From an uncultured Clostridia bacterium (GTDB taxonomy: Bacteria > Bacillota > Clostridia > Christensenellales > UBA1242): 64,000 bases of DNA. The notes under the pieces were generated by a model, which ran no database searches, was not told where the DNA came from, and was given only the letters and a program-made list of their open reading frames with translations. Of the stretch, positions 8,471-19,600 are shown in pieces. The stretch is from assembly GCA_947593585.1 (NCBI GenBank), contig CANQDP010000005.1, positions 3,477 through 67,476 on the forward strand. Reading direction: 5' to 3'. Made by a program: the position numbers and the translations under genes. Every line of letters starts with the position of its first letter. The stretch's first letter is position 1.

Positions 8471-9358
8471 TTATAAATTTTTTAAAACATCGCTAAAATA
8501 TTTTGGCAGAGGCAATTCAAAAGACATTTGCTTTTTTGAGGTGGGATGAATGAATGAAATTTTATAAGCATAGAGCAACTGCCCGCCCGAATAAATTTGC
8601 GTGGAGCCGCCATATAATTTATCGCCAACTATTGGGTGTCCGATAGATTTTAGGTGAGCGCGAATTTGGTGCGTCCTGCCCGTGGTGAGTTGGCAATTTA
8701 GCAGAGTGAAATGGTCATAAACTTTATCTATTGTAAAGATTGTTTTGCTATAGCGACCATTCTGCTCGCCCACCATTGCCATCTGCTCGCGATTTTTAGG
8801 GTTTCTGCCAAGAAAGCCTTCCACCACAAAATCTTCCTTAATCCTGCCAGCCACAAGCGCTTTATATTGGCGATTAAGCGACTTATCTTTGAGTTCGGCC
8901 GAGAGAATTTTGTGAGCGTTATCCGTTTTGGCAACTATCATCAAGCCGCCAGTGTCTTTATCTAATCTGTGCACAATGCCTGGGCGCAACACGCCATTGA
9001 TTGACGATAGATTTTTGATGTGAAACATCAGTGCGTTCACTAGCGTGTGTGATTTTGTGCTTGCGCATGGGTGGACAACCAAACCGACTTGCTTATTGAT
9101 TACGAGCAAATCACCGTCTTCATACACTATGTCTAGCGGAATATTTTCGGGCTCGGCAGAAATTTTTTCGGGCTGCTTTTCCTTCAATTCAATTTTGTCC
9201 CCCACCGATAAAATATAACCCGCTTTCACTTTTTTGTCGTTTACGCTAATTGCACCTTCATCGTTTAGAGTTTTAATAAAACTGCGTGAAAAATCAGTGC
9301 GTTCAGCCAAGAACACATCTAGGCGGATATTACCCTTTTCAACAACAAAATTTTGCAC
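8471..9358 (-). CDS. rluD: RluA-family 23S rRNA pseudouridine synthase (RluD-like)
   Basis: N-terminal S4-like domain plus catalytic motif HRLDKDTGGL. Conserved lspA-rluD neighbourhood. Confidence 0.85.
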   Translation of the reverse strand: MQNFVVEKGNIRLDVFLAERTDFSRSFIKTLNDEGAISVNDKKVKAGYILSVGDKIELKEKQPEKISAEPENIPLDIVYEDGDLLVINKQVGLVVHPCASTKSHTLVNALMFHIKNLSSINGVLRPGIVHRLDKDTGGLMIVAKTDNAHKILSAELKDKSLNRQYKALVAGRIKEDFVVEGFLGRNPKNREQMAMVGEQNGRYSKTIFTIDKVYDHFTLLNCQLTTGRTHQIRAHLKSIGHPIVGDKLYGGSTQIYSGGQLLYAYKISFIHPTSKKQMSFELPLPKYFSDVLKNL

Positions 9359-9362
9359 AATG

Positions 9363-9824
9363 CTAACCTTTAACCTTTCCTTTTTTAAAGAATAAGATAT
9401 AAATCACCATCATAATTGCGCCTATTGTTAGGAAACCATCTGCGAAATTAAACACAGGGAAAGACGGGAAAAAATCTAGAAAGATGAAATCTCGCACATA
9501 GCCGAGCATTAGTCTATCCACAAGATTGCCAACCGCCCCACCCAAAATGAAGCCGAGAGAAATTGAATAGAACACACTCTTTTGCTTAAACAAAATGTCT
9601 GCCACCACTATGGCGATAATTAAAACGAATGTTAGCACAGAAAGCAAAACAATATGATTGCTTAAAATGCCCCACGCTGCGCCGCTATTTCCGCCATTTG
9701 AAGAGATTGACACAACATGAGGAATAACATTTTTATAGTCCACACTAAATAAAAAATGTTTGGTGGTGAGGTCCACCACCAAAACTGCAATAATTGTTAA
9801 TGCTATAATTATCCATTTTTTCAT
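9363..9824 (-). CDS. lspA: Lipoprotein signal peptidase II
   Basis: 153 aa, four TM helices, conserved NLVDR and FNFAD motifs. Confidence 0.9.
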   Translation of the reverse strand: MKKWIIIALTIIAVLVVDLTTKHFLFSVDYKNVIPHVVSISSNGGNSGAAWGILSNHIVLLSVLTFVLIIAIVVADILFKQKSVFYSISLGFILGGAVGNLVDRLMLGYVRDFIFLDFFPSFPVFNFADGFLTIGAIMMVIYILFFKKGKVKG

Positions 9825-10255
9825 TTATTTTCGTCTGGCCTCAAAATTTTATGCCCCTCAGGAGTGAGCAAGAACAAATCACCGTGCCAACGATGGATGC
9901 TGCCGTTTAACCCATAGATTGCGCCAGATAAAAAGTCGAGAATGCGGGTGGAATCGATATTGGCAATGCCTTCCAAATTAACTGCCACGGTTTGACCCTG
10001 CTTCAAATAGTCCACCACCTGCTGAATTTCTTTTTGCGTTTTTGGCTCAACCATGATTATGTTAGACTCTGCTTGAATGCCAAAGGCGTTGAAAGAATTG
10101 CTTGCAGGGATTGTTTCTGCCGTGTTGGTTTCGCCCTGCACACGCTCATGAAGATTAAAATTTGCATACTTATCGTCTTGCACTTCGGTTTTAGACTTCT
10201 TTTCGCCCTTGCCCTCGAAACCAAGACCATGCATAACCCAATCAAAAAAGCCCAT
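9821..10255 (-). CDS. sepF: Cell division protein SepF
   Basis: C-terminal SepF domain (VEPKTQKEIQQVVDYLKQGQTVAVNLEG...FLSGAIYGLNGSI). 4-nt overlap with lspA. Confidence 0.85.
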   Translation of the reverse strand: MGFFDWVMHGLGFEGKGEKKSKTEVQDDKYANFNLHERVQGETNTAETIPASNSFNAFGIQAESNIIMVEPKTQKEIQQVVDYLKQGQTVAVNLEGIANIDSTRILDFLSGAIYGLNGSIHRWHGDLFLLTPEGHKILRPDENK

Positions 10256-10264
10256 AAAACACCT

Positions 10265-10522
10265 TTATTTTCTGCCAGTGTCCCCAAAAATCTGCTTGCG
10301 GAGCATTTCATATTCTGCATCGGTGGCGATGTTGAACTCTTTAACCACGCGCTCATAAATGGCAATAACGCTTTTATTTGCGGTTTTTGCCTTGGCTGCG
10401 GTGAGCATTTTTTCTGCCACTTTGATTGCTCCTTGCCTATTCATACGAATATCCATAGCCACAATTTTTTCAATTATGTCCATGCACTTATTTTCAAATT
10501 CTTCGGTTGAAAGACCTGCCAT
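10265..10522 (-). CDS. Hypothetical small helical protein (85 aa)
   Basis: ATG preceded by AAGAGGTGA. Own canonical promoter. No motif recognised. Confidence 0.55.
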   Translation of the reverse strand: MAGLSTEEFENKCMDIIEKIVAMDIRMNRQGAIKVAEKMLTAAKAKTANKSVIAIYERVVKEFNIATDAEYEMLRKQIFGDTGRK

Positions 10523-10541
10523 AATTCACCTCTTAATGATT

Positions 10542-10570
10542 ATTTTATATAAATTTATTCAATTTGTCAA
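10542..10570 (-). promoter_or_regulatory. Promoter of the 85-aa/sepF/lspA/rluD gene string
   Basis: TTGACA-AATTGAATAAATTTATA-TAAAAT (17-nt spacer). Confidence 0.55.
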
Positions 10571-10598
10571 CTCTTTAGCACAATTTTAAACTAAAACG

Positions 10599-10631
10599 AA
10601 AAACCCTTGCATAAAATTAGCAAAGGTTTTT
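10599..10631 (-). terminator. Intrinsic terminator after the giant gene
   Basis: AAAAACCTTTGC-TAATTTTAT-GCAAGGGTTTTT followed by CGTTTT. Confidence 0.65.
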
Positions 10632-10635
10632 CATT

Positions 10636-13600
10636 TTATACATTTTGTGGGAGTGAGAATCTAACAACTATGTTGTTAAATGTGCTTCCACCAGCAATGA
10701 TAGAGCATGTAATCTCCACATATTCTTCGCCTGGGTGAGATTTTTTATAGCTTATCAATGCCTGATTGCTGATTGTTATCTGCCCGCCTTGGTTAGTTAT
10801 TGAGCCTGCTAATTCGCCACTATTTGTTACTGTGATAGTGCCAGATTGCCCTTCCCTTACAAATGTGCCATTTGAACTATTGCTAAACTTATAAACCATG
10901 TTGCTTGTGCTGATGCTGGATTCTAAGCCTTCAACATATGGCACTAAGAAATAGTCAAATGCGGCTGTGTTGTAGTTAATCGTTAGCACGCTTCCTGATT
11001 GATGAATGAAATAGAAGGTTGCGCTAAGATTATAAACAGGATTTGTGCCACCGCTACCAGACCAAACTGCGCTATAAATTTCATAACTACCAAATGAGTA
11101 AGCTCTAGTGGAAGAAGCTGTGCTTGAGGCATTGTTCACCCAAGATGTTGATGGTGAAGTGCCCACACCAATGATTTCGTAATCATGCTCGGCATCAAAC
11201 TTTTGACCGCTGAAAATTGAAGAAAGTGTGAACATTCCCTTTGGCGTGAGTGCTTTTGTGGTGAATATTCTCAAGTCGCAAGAAAGGATTGCCGTGCTTG
11301 TGGATGTGGAGATTATTTCAATTTTGCCATTAAATTCATTGCTGAAATAACCATTGTCCAAATCCACACCAAACAGGCCTTTATCCAAACTGATGAGTGA
11401 TTTTTGTTCAAGAGTTTTTTCTCCAATCCTAATTTGCGCCGAATTGCTACTAAATTCTTTTATGAACGAAGCAAATGCTGAGATATTGCTAAAGTCTGAC
11501 CTAAACACCACGCCCGAGCTGCTTGAAGTGGTGGCACGAGCGGTGCCCGGATATTGCGAGCCATTATCTGAGAGCACAACCACATCAGTTTGAGCGGAAG
11601 ACAATTCAACCGTTCGCGACCCATTGCTAAATCTGGTGCCCGTATCTGTGCAATTCAGTGTGGCTTCAACGCCGCCACCAGACACTGGCGAAATATCCAT
11701 CTTTATATTTCCGGATATGTCGCAATAAACCACATATCTATTGGTGTTTGTTGTGTAAGTTAGCGTGTATTGGAAAAGCTTTAAGTTCGTGCCAGACAAC
11801 TCTTCATCTGCATCAATGTTTGTGTTTGCTGGCTGAACGCTTTGATTGTTATACACTTTGAAGGTTACATAATATTCGTTTGAAGTTTGATTCATATATC
11901 TGAATTTAAACTTATAAATGACTGCATAGTAAACTCTTGGTGAGCCGGACATTTCCACATCTGGCAAGGTTACTGTTGCCATGTAATTTGAGCCACTGCT
12001 TTGAGCGAAAGTTACATTGGTTGTGTGCTTGTCTGCCGCTTCAAACGCCTGCACAACATCCATGCCATAACTATATCTCACTATTGCAAATTGTGCACCT
12101 GCCATTTCTGTTTCTCTGAGGATTTCGACATTTGCAAAACGAGCTGAATCGGTGGTGGAAGCGTTTATGCCTATGTTGAATGTGGAAGCCCCGTCAACAG
12201 ATGCTGTGGAAACTAGGTATGCCGTGCTGCCCGAACTGAAGCCGTTGCCGCCTGCCCCTTCAAGAATGTTTCTTTCTTTTAATTCTTTATTTGCATAAGT
12301 GAATTTCACAAAGCCAAACACATTAATTGTGATGAAGCGGACATAATCTCCGTTGCCATTATCCGAGCCTGCAATAAGCTTTAAGATAATATCGCCAGAA
12401 AAGTCCTTATTAAACTTCAATTCGATTTTACTTGCAGATTTTTCAATGCTATAATCTTCGCTTTCAATTGCTGTGCCTTCAGAATTGCAAATTTGAATGT
12501 TGAATGCCGTTATGCCAAATGTGGCGTTGTTGTTTCTTGCTTTGTTATAAAGTGCAATATTTAAGCCATTATAGTAGGTTTCGCTCCTACCTTCTTGATA
12601 AGTGCTTGTGTAATAAGATGTGCCGTTTAATTTGCTATCGTCAAAAAGTGTGATTGTGTGTGAGAATGGGGACGAAGGGTTTCCTGTCATATAATAATTA
12701 TAAGTGTTTGTGGAGTTTGCAAGTTCGCTTATTATTTCAGCGCCCGTGGCCGGATTGCCTTTGTTTATGAAGAAATTGAAGGCACATCTATCTGTGATGA
12801 CCAACTCAATATGCCCTATCACTTTGCTATCGTAGACCACATTGAAGAATATGTGAACGATTGCGTCCGTGCCAGCGATTGAATAGAGTGTAACCGAATG
12901 GCTTCCTTGGGCAACTGAATATTTATAAATCTTATTATCTGCATCTAAGTTGCTCACAGAGTTGCCATTATAATAATAGAAACTGCTGCTTCCGTCATAT
13001 TGGAAAGAGATGTGGCTTTGGATGCCACTCGCAGTTGCCACAGTGTTTGGCTTAACATTGCCACTCAAATATTCATCTAAGATGACACTGGTGGTGGCGT
13101 AGGCTTCTAGTTGATTTGTTTGGGTGATGCGTAAATTATAGAAACCAATGTTGACATCTGCTATTTTGCCGCCATCTCCATAAAGAGCGAGTGAGAATGC
13201 AAGGGAATCAAACAATTTTGCGTTTGCGGTTCGGTTAAACGAAATTGCCACATCTTTACTTGTGTTTCCTTTAAGTTTTATAATCAACTGATATTCTGTG
13301 GAGTTTAGACCGAAGGACAATGTGTAGATTAAATCGCCATTTGTGTCTGCAAATCTAGACGATGCCGACAGCAAGTTTATTTCATGGACATTTGGCCCTG
13401 TGTATGACGCTGTTGCACTTGTGATATAGAACGCTGTGTTTTGCTTATCAAGGAGTGAGCCTATCACAAACTCGGTTTGCTCACTATTTCCAAGCACTTT
13501 GTTTAGCGTGAAACTATTTACTTCGTCTTTATCGTTTATGATAAATGAATAAGTGAGTGATTGTGTGGTGGCGATTTCTTCTGTGGAAACAAAGTCACCC

Positions 13601-16600
13601 TCCGCCACATCTAAGCCATCGCTGATTTTTGAGCCGTTTCTTTCGCCCATTATTTGATAAACATATTGATTGCTTGCGCCTGCATCGTTGCGGAACGAAA
13701 TTGTGGAAAGCACATTGCTTGTGGTGGAAACTGGTGAGAATGTGAGCACTATGCTGCCCGAACTAGTTGAAATGTTGTTGTTATCACCATGCTCGAAGCT
13801 GATATAGTTTGCATTTGCAATGTCATTGAAGCCCAAATCGCCATAATCTTCAATAATTCTTTCGCCAACTTGCAAAGCCAATCTTCTTGTGTTTGCCACG
13901 CTGTTTTTGCTAACAGCATCGGTCAATCCGGTCAAACTTCCATCTAAATTTGTGAATAGATAGGAATATAAATCGTCAATTTTATAGTTAGATTGCACAT
14001 TTTCGTGCGGAATTCCATTTTTCTCCGCCGCTTTTGTGAGATATAGTGGCACGAGATTATCATAAGAGCGATAAACACGCACATAGAAAGGAATTGTGAT
14101 TGCCGCTCCGCCCTCTTCTGTGAATGTGCTGGCATTTGACTTGATTGTGAAATTGAATTGGACAACCTTTTCAATTGCTGAGTGTGTGAAACCTATGGTT
14201 AAATGCCCATTAGAAATGGTGTTGCTATCCATGGTGGTTACAAACTTTGCATCGCCATCATCTTGAAGAGCAAATTCGAGTGTTGCATTAAATTCTCTTG
14301 GGGTGCGAATGATTAGTTGATTATTAAGTGTGCCGATTGAATAAGTGGTGATTGCGCCATCTTCTGTGCGGTTGAAGGTGATTGTGCTTGCTGTGGTGCT
14401 TGCATAAGAGGTGTCTGTGAAAGTTGCATCAAAAGGCAACTCACTTGCGTGCCCCGGAGCAGAATCTGGGAATGTGCGATCCACAAAACTTTGCACTGAG
14501 ATGTCCACATGACGATAGACAGTGTTGGTGGACGCGATATCTTCAAACACCATATCAAATGATACTGTGTAGAAATATGTTTTGGCTTCAAAATTGATTG
14601 CCAAATTGCCACTCGTGTGCACAAACTCAATAAAACTAACTGTTTGATTTGGTGATGCCTCTTGGGACATTTCGATTGACACATCACTCTGCGAAACCTG
14701 ATTTACTTGCAAGGATGAGATTTTAAGGGTCATGGCATATTTATTGCTGCTTCCATCTAGGTTGCTATATGACAAAAATTCTGTTAAATCAAGTGAGGAA
14801 ACAAAGCCAGAAGTGCCTGAGTAATTGCCCACTGTGCGCCAAATTCTATCGGTTGGGATTGTTATTGCTGGCATTATGAAATGCACAACCAAAACGAAAT
14901 CTGAGCCGGCAAACACATATTCAACTTCAAATTCTAGCGTTGAAGTTACATATTTTTGACGGCTGATTGTGGTGCTTGCTATTGTGATGACTGGATTTTC
15001 TTTATCTTCGCCAAAATAGATGTTTTTGCCTGCTTCGTCAATTGAAAATCCTTGATTTACTTTGACAATTTTCAACTCTGGAAGCGACAGCCCAGTGAAT
15101 GGGTTTGCAAAGGAAGCATCTTTCCACTCCATGAAATATCTGCCGTTTTCAATGCCTTCAAGTTCGTGAGTTAGACTTGAATTGAAACTATAACTCGTGG
15201 TTGGCTGAACATATGCCATAATTGAGCCAACAAACACCTCTGCACTGCCACTCGTGGCGTTATATACAACACCGATTTTGAGTGTGGCAAAATTATTGAG
15301 TGCTGGCAAAGTTGTTTTGTTTAACAAAGAATATCTCTTAATGCCCGTTTGCTCGTAGAAATCTTTGCCGTCTAAAAGGCTAGCTTCAAGCAAATATAAA
15401 TATATGTTTTCATCAGTTGGAGCGATTGTGCCCGGCAAGCAGAATTTGGTTAAATCCAAACTTTCGCCCAACACCTTGCCAGATGAATAGAATTGCAACC
15501 CTGAAGATGATTTTGGATTGATGTTTACAACCGTGTTTGTGTTTAGGGAAGTTAGGTTTCTATCTCTTAAAGTGTTGTATAAACGAACGAAATAATATGC
15601 ATAGTTTGATGAAGTGGTTTCAATTTTGAACGCCAAATATGCGGTTACGAAATCACCCGCTGGGCTAAAGGTGATAACGAATGATTTTTCATCTTTTGAA
15701 ATGGACACCAAATTTGGCATATTGTTGCTCGTGCCGACAAGCACAACATTGGCTATTGCACCCGGCTCGTCTTGCTCTGTGCGGTTTGTGATGATTGTGC
15801 GCTGAGTGGACATGGTGGAATCTAAATCAAACCTTATGGTTTGCCCCATGCTGACAGGCTCATAGTTTGGCAAGCTGATTGCAGAGCCGAAATAGTCTCT
15901 ATCTTGCTCATTTGCGTTGCTTGTGGTGGAGAATCTAACTGTGCCCGTGCCATACTCTTCAAAAGGATATTGCATTTCAATGCTTTGGCAGTTTGTGATG
16001 ATAATGCTGACACCTTCAAACACGAAATAGCTTTCGTCTGTGTAGGTTATGCGGTAATCAACCAAAATTTCTTTTTGCTCGCCATATATGCTACCGATTG
16101 CTATTTGAGCGTCCGCTTCGTTTTTATCTTCAAAAATATATCTAATGCCAACCACACGGCTATCGAGCGCCGGAGTGCCCGTTTCAACCACTTTTTCAAC
16201 AGAGATTGATTTGAAATAATTTTCTTGACCATCTTCTATTGTGAACACATCTTTAATTATGTTGAAACTATAATTTGAATATGCCGGCTGAATGTTTATG
16301 GCTGGTGAGCGAGGTGTGATGGTGATTGACATATCGCTCATGTTTGAGTTGCCCGAACTTATGTAGGTGAGAGATTTGCCACTATATGAGAATGTGAAAG
16401 TAAGCACAACATTTGGTGTTGAGAAAATTTCGTTTATTTGAGTGTCGAGCGTGAACTTTTCGCCCTCCATTGAGAAAGTTAAATCTTGCCCGCCTTCAAT
16501 TCGTCCGCTGACATTGGTTAGTGCCCACTCTTCCTCTTCGCTTACAATGGAAAGTGGTGAATTGTTTTGAGCGCCAACAGGGAAATAGTGGTTGGCTTCA

Positions 16601-19600
16601 AATCTATCGCCCTCCCTGGTGAGAGTGAGCAAATCTTTATATTTATTTTCTATTCTAATTTCGTCAAACTTAAATGACGTGGTGGATGCGCTAAGTTGGA
16701 TGTTATCCATGCTAACCACCTTATCCAACTCGCTGAACCAAGATGTTTTGATTGTGCTTGATGCGAGTGAGATGTTTTCATTTTCGGTTAAGCTCAAATT
16801 TTCATAGATTGAATCAATAGTTTCGGCATAATTATTTTCTGTGTATAGGCTATCTCTGCCCAAGCCATACACAAATGGGCTGCCCTCATCGCCCTGAGTT
16901 TTAAACATATTGATTGTGATGATGTGTGAAAGCTCATATTCATTATCGCTCTGCAAGGTGCGAGCGTTTGCCTTTTGCTCGTCAGTTTGAGAGAATACCA
17001 CATTTGGTCGGCAATTAATATTATAAACTGCGAGGCGTTTATCATCGCCGTCATTTGATTTTAAAAGAATTGTGAACACATATCTGCCTTCTTCTAAAAG
17101 CAATCTGTATGAAGAATCTGTTGTGCTGAAATAGTCGTTTTTGAAAGTTTGCTCACTTGCGCCATTTATAGTGTAGGTTATCTTATAATAATTTGATGTT
17201 TCAAGGTCGTTAATTCTAAATAGTGAATTGTTTGTGAAGGCTGTGTTTGTGGCCTTTTCAACAAGCAAAATTGTTGTGCCCGCATAAACGGTGGCGTTAT
17301 AGTCCTGATTTAAATCCGCCGTTATGCTATTTGTGAAGTATATGCGAATGTTTATTGCATCGCTGGAAGTTTTAACTTGAATGTTTAAATTTAAGGTGAT
17401 GTTTGTGTAGGAATAATTCGGCCTTCTGCTGATTTGCCATTCACCATCTGTTTTAGTGATTTCCGCCACCACGCTTCCGTCTGTGAGCGACACTTCATAG
17501 CCATTGCCCTGCTTTGTGTATCTATAAGTGGTGGTGTTTACAGGTGAAATTGTGAAGAATGTTGAATTTGTGATTTCTTCGCCATTGCATTGATAACTAA
17601 CCACTTCTTTTAGGTTTACTAAATTGGTGGAAGTGGTGAAAATGTCGTGCTCAGTTTTGTTTTGGAAAGTGAAACCTGTGGCTGTGATGCTAACCTTGAT
17701 GTATCTAATCGTTGAGCCACAAATCACTTGGATTACGCAATCTCCAATTTTAAAGATTTGCAAATTTGTGCCATCTATTTTTGCCACATCTTCGTTTAGG
17801 CTATAGTAGGCAAGGTCATAAGATTTTTGACTGCTCTGCTCGTCATAACTATACATTGGGCTTGGTGTGAAGAGCGATTGCTCAACCGAAGTGGAGAAAA
17901 TGTCTAGGTCTATTGCACTGCCGTTAAACATGCTGGAATATGAATATTGGTTGCCGCTCACGCCGTTTATTGTTACATCTATTGTTGGGATATTTAATGC
18001 GTCCTGGCTATCGGCAAGTGGAATGCCGTTAAGCGTGATTGAAGAGGCTTCGCTGCTATCGATAACAACGGCTGGTGAAAGAATTTCATCGTTGCCAAAA
18101 TTTAAGCCAAATCTAAAATATTGACCCGACCTTAGCGACACATACTCGCCCACTTTAAAAGTTACAACCAAATCTTGACGCTCAACGCCATCTAGGTCAA
18201 CCGTGTCTAACTCAAATACATTTGAAGAATAAATTGACCTATTGCCGTCCGCCTCATAAAGATAGACGAAGAATTTAAAAGCATCTTTATCGAAGATGTT
18301 GAAAAGCATATCATATGCAGGAGAATGAACGGTTAATGTGTGCCCTTTATCTGTGTTTTCCAAGAAGTGATAAACACCGCCTTGCAAAACGCAGTATTTA
18401 TCATCGCCATTTTCGCCTTCATATGCCTCACTCTGATGGAAATCGAATTCGATGCTATTTTTGTTTGTGAGAGTGTAGTTATTATTGATTGTGATGGCAT
18501 TTGCAAGCATAACGAAATGTTTGCAATAAACATCTGTTAGGTTTATCACTTCAGTGTCTGCATTGTTGATTAATGAGGTGATTAACTCTTCAGCAGTCTG
18601 CTGATAACTATTTTTTAGTTGAAGGAGATAAAGTGTGGTGGAAGCGGACGCAGAGCGCCTCGTTGCCCTAACACTATTCACAAAATTGCCCTCTTCATCT
18701 AAATATCCCACAAGAGCATATCTGCCATTTAATGCCAAGGTGGAATCGGCAATTTGAATTTGGAGATTTGGCAAAATGTTTACGCTTGCGCTTGTGCCTT
18801 CTTCAATTCTTGTGATTAACACGCCAGCAGTGTAACTTCCGCCAGTGATGTTTACTATATCTTCAAAAGGAATTTCGCCATAATCCGCCTTGGAATTTGG
18901 ATAAGAGATGTCTATCGAATAGGTGCGATCTGGTCGAGTGAATTCTTTTTCCAAATCAATCTCGGAAATTGTAACCTTTGTGGAAGCGTATTTAATCGTG
19001 CCATCACCATTAACCACCAACGCCAACAATTCAAGATTTTCTGCCGGCGTTTTGATTAATATATTGAAAGTTTTATCCTTGCCAGAATTGATAGGTGTGG
19101 TTGGGAAATCATAATCCCTGCCCTGCTCAAAATCTGCCTGAACATAATCACTATCTTGTTTGGTGAAGAAATCTAAATAACTCCCCGTGCGAAGAAGGGT
19201 TAAACGATGTGTGTCGTTAGTTAAGAACGCAACGCCATTCACTGCCTTATAGATTTCACCATTGAGCGAAATTGAGCTGATTAAAGTTAGGTTGTCTAAC
19301 TGAATTTCGCTAGATGTGGTGATTGTGAATAAATCATAATTTTCAGCATCGCCGTTATTTTTCCTCAGGCTTCCGCCAACATAATCGTAGTTATAGTTGC
19401 CGTCATCACCCAATTCAAAAGAAACCTTCTTTTTGCCTTCGCTTTCAAATTCCACAAGCCTATTGTTCCAATATCTTAGCCCAAACGCAAACTCGTTAAA
19501 CCTCATGCTCGTGGTGTTGCCATTCAAAGTTAGCCCCAAATCATTGCTATTTACATCAGCATCAGATACGCTGCCATTGAGTGTGATGAAATTGTTTTCG

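Noticed and set aside
9992-10510. 172-aa plus-strand ORF.
   Set aside because: It is antisense to sepF and the 85-aa gene, has no RBS, and has a composition typical of a shadow frame.
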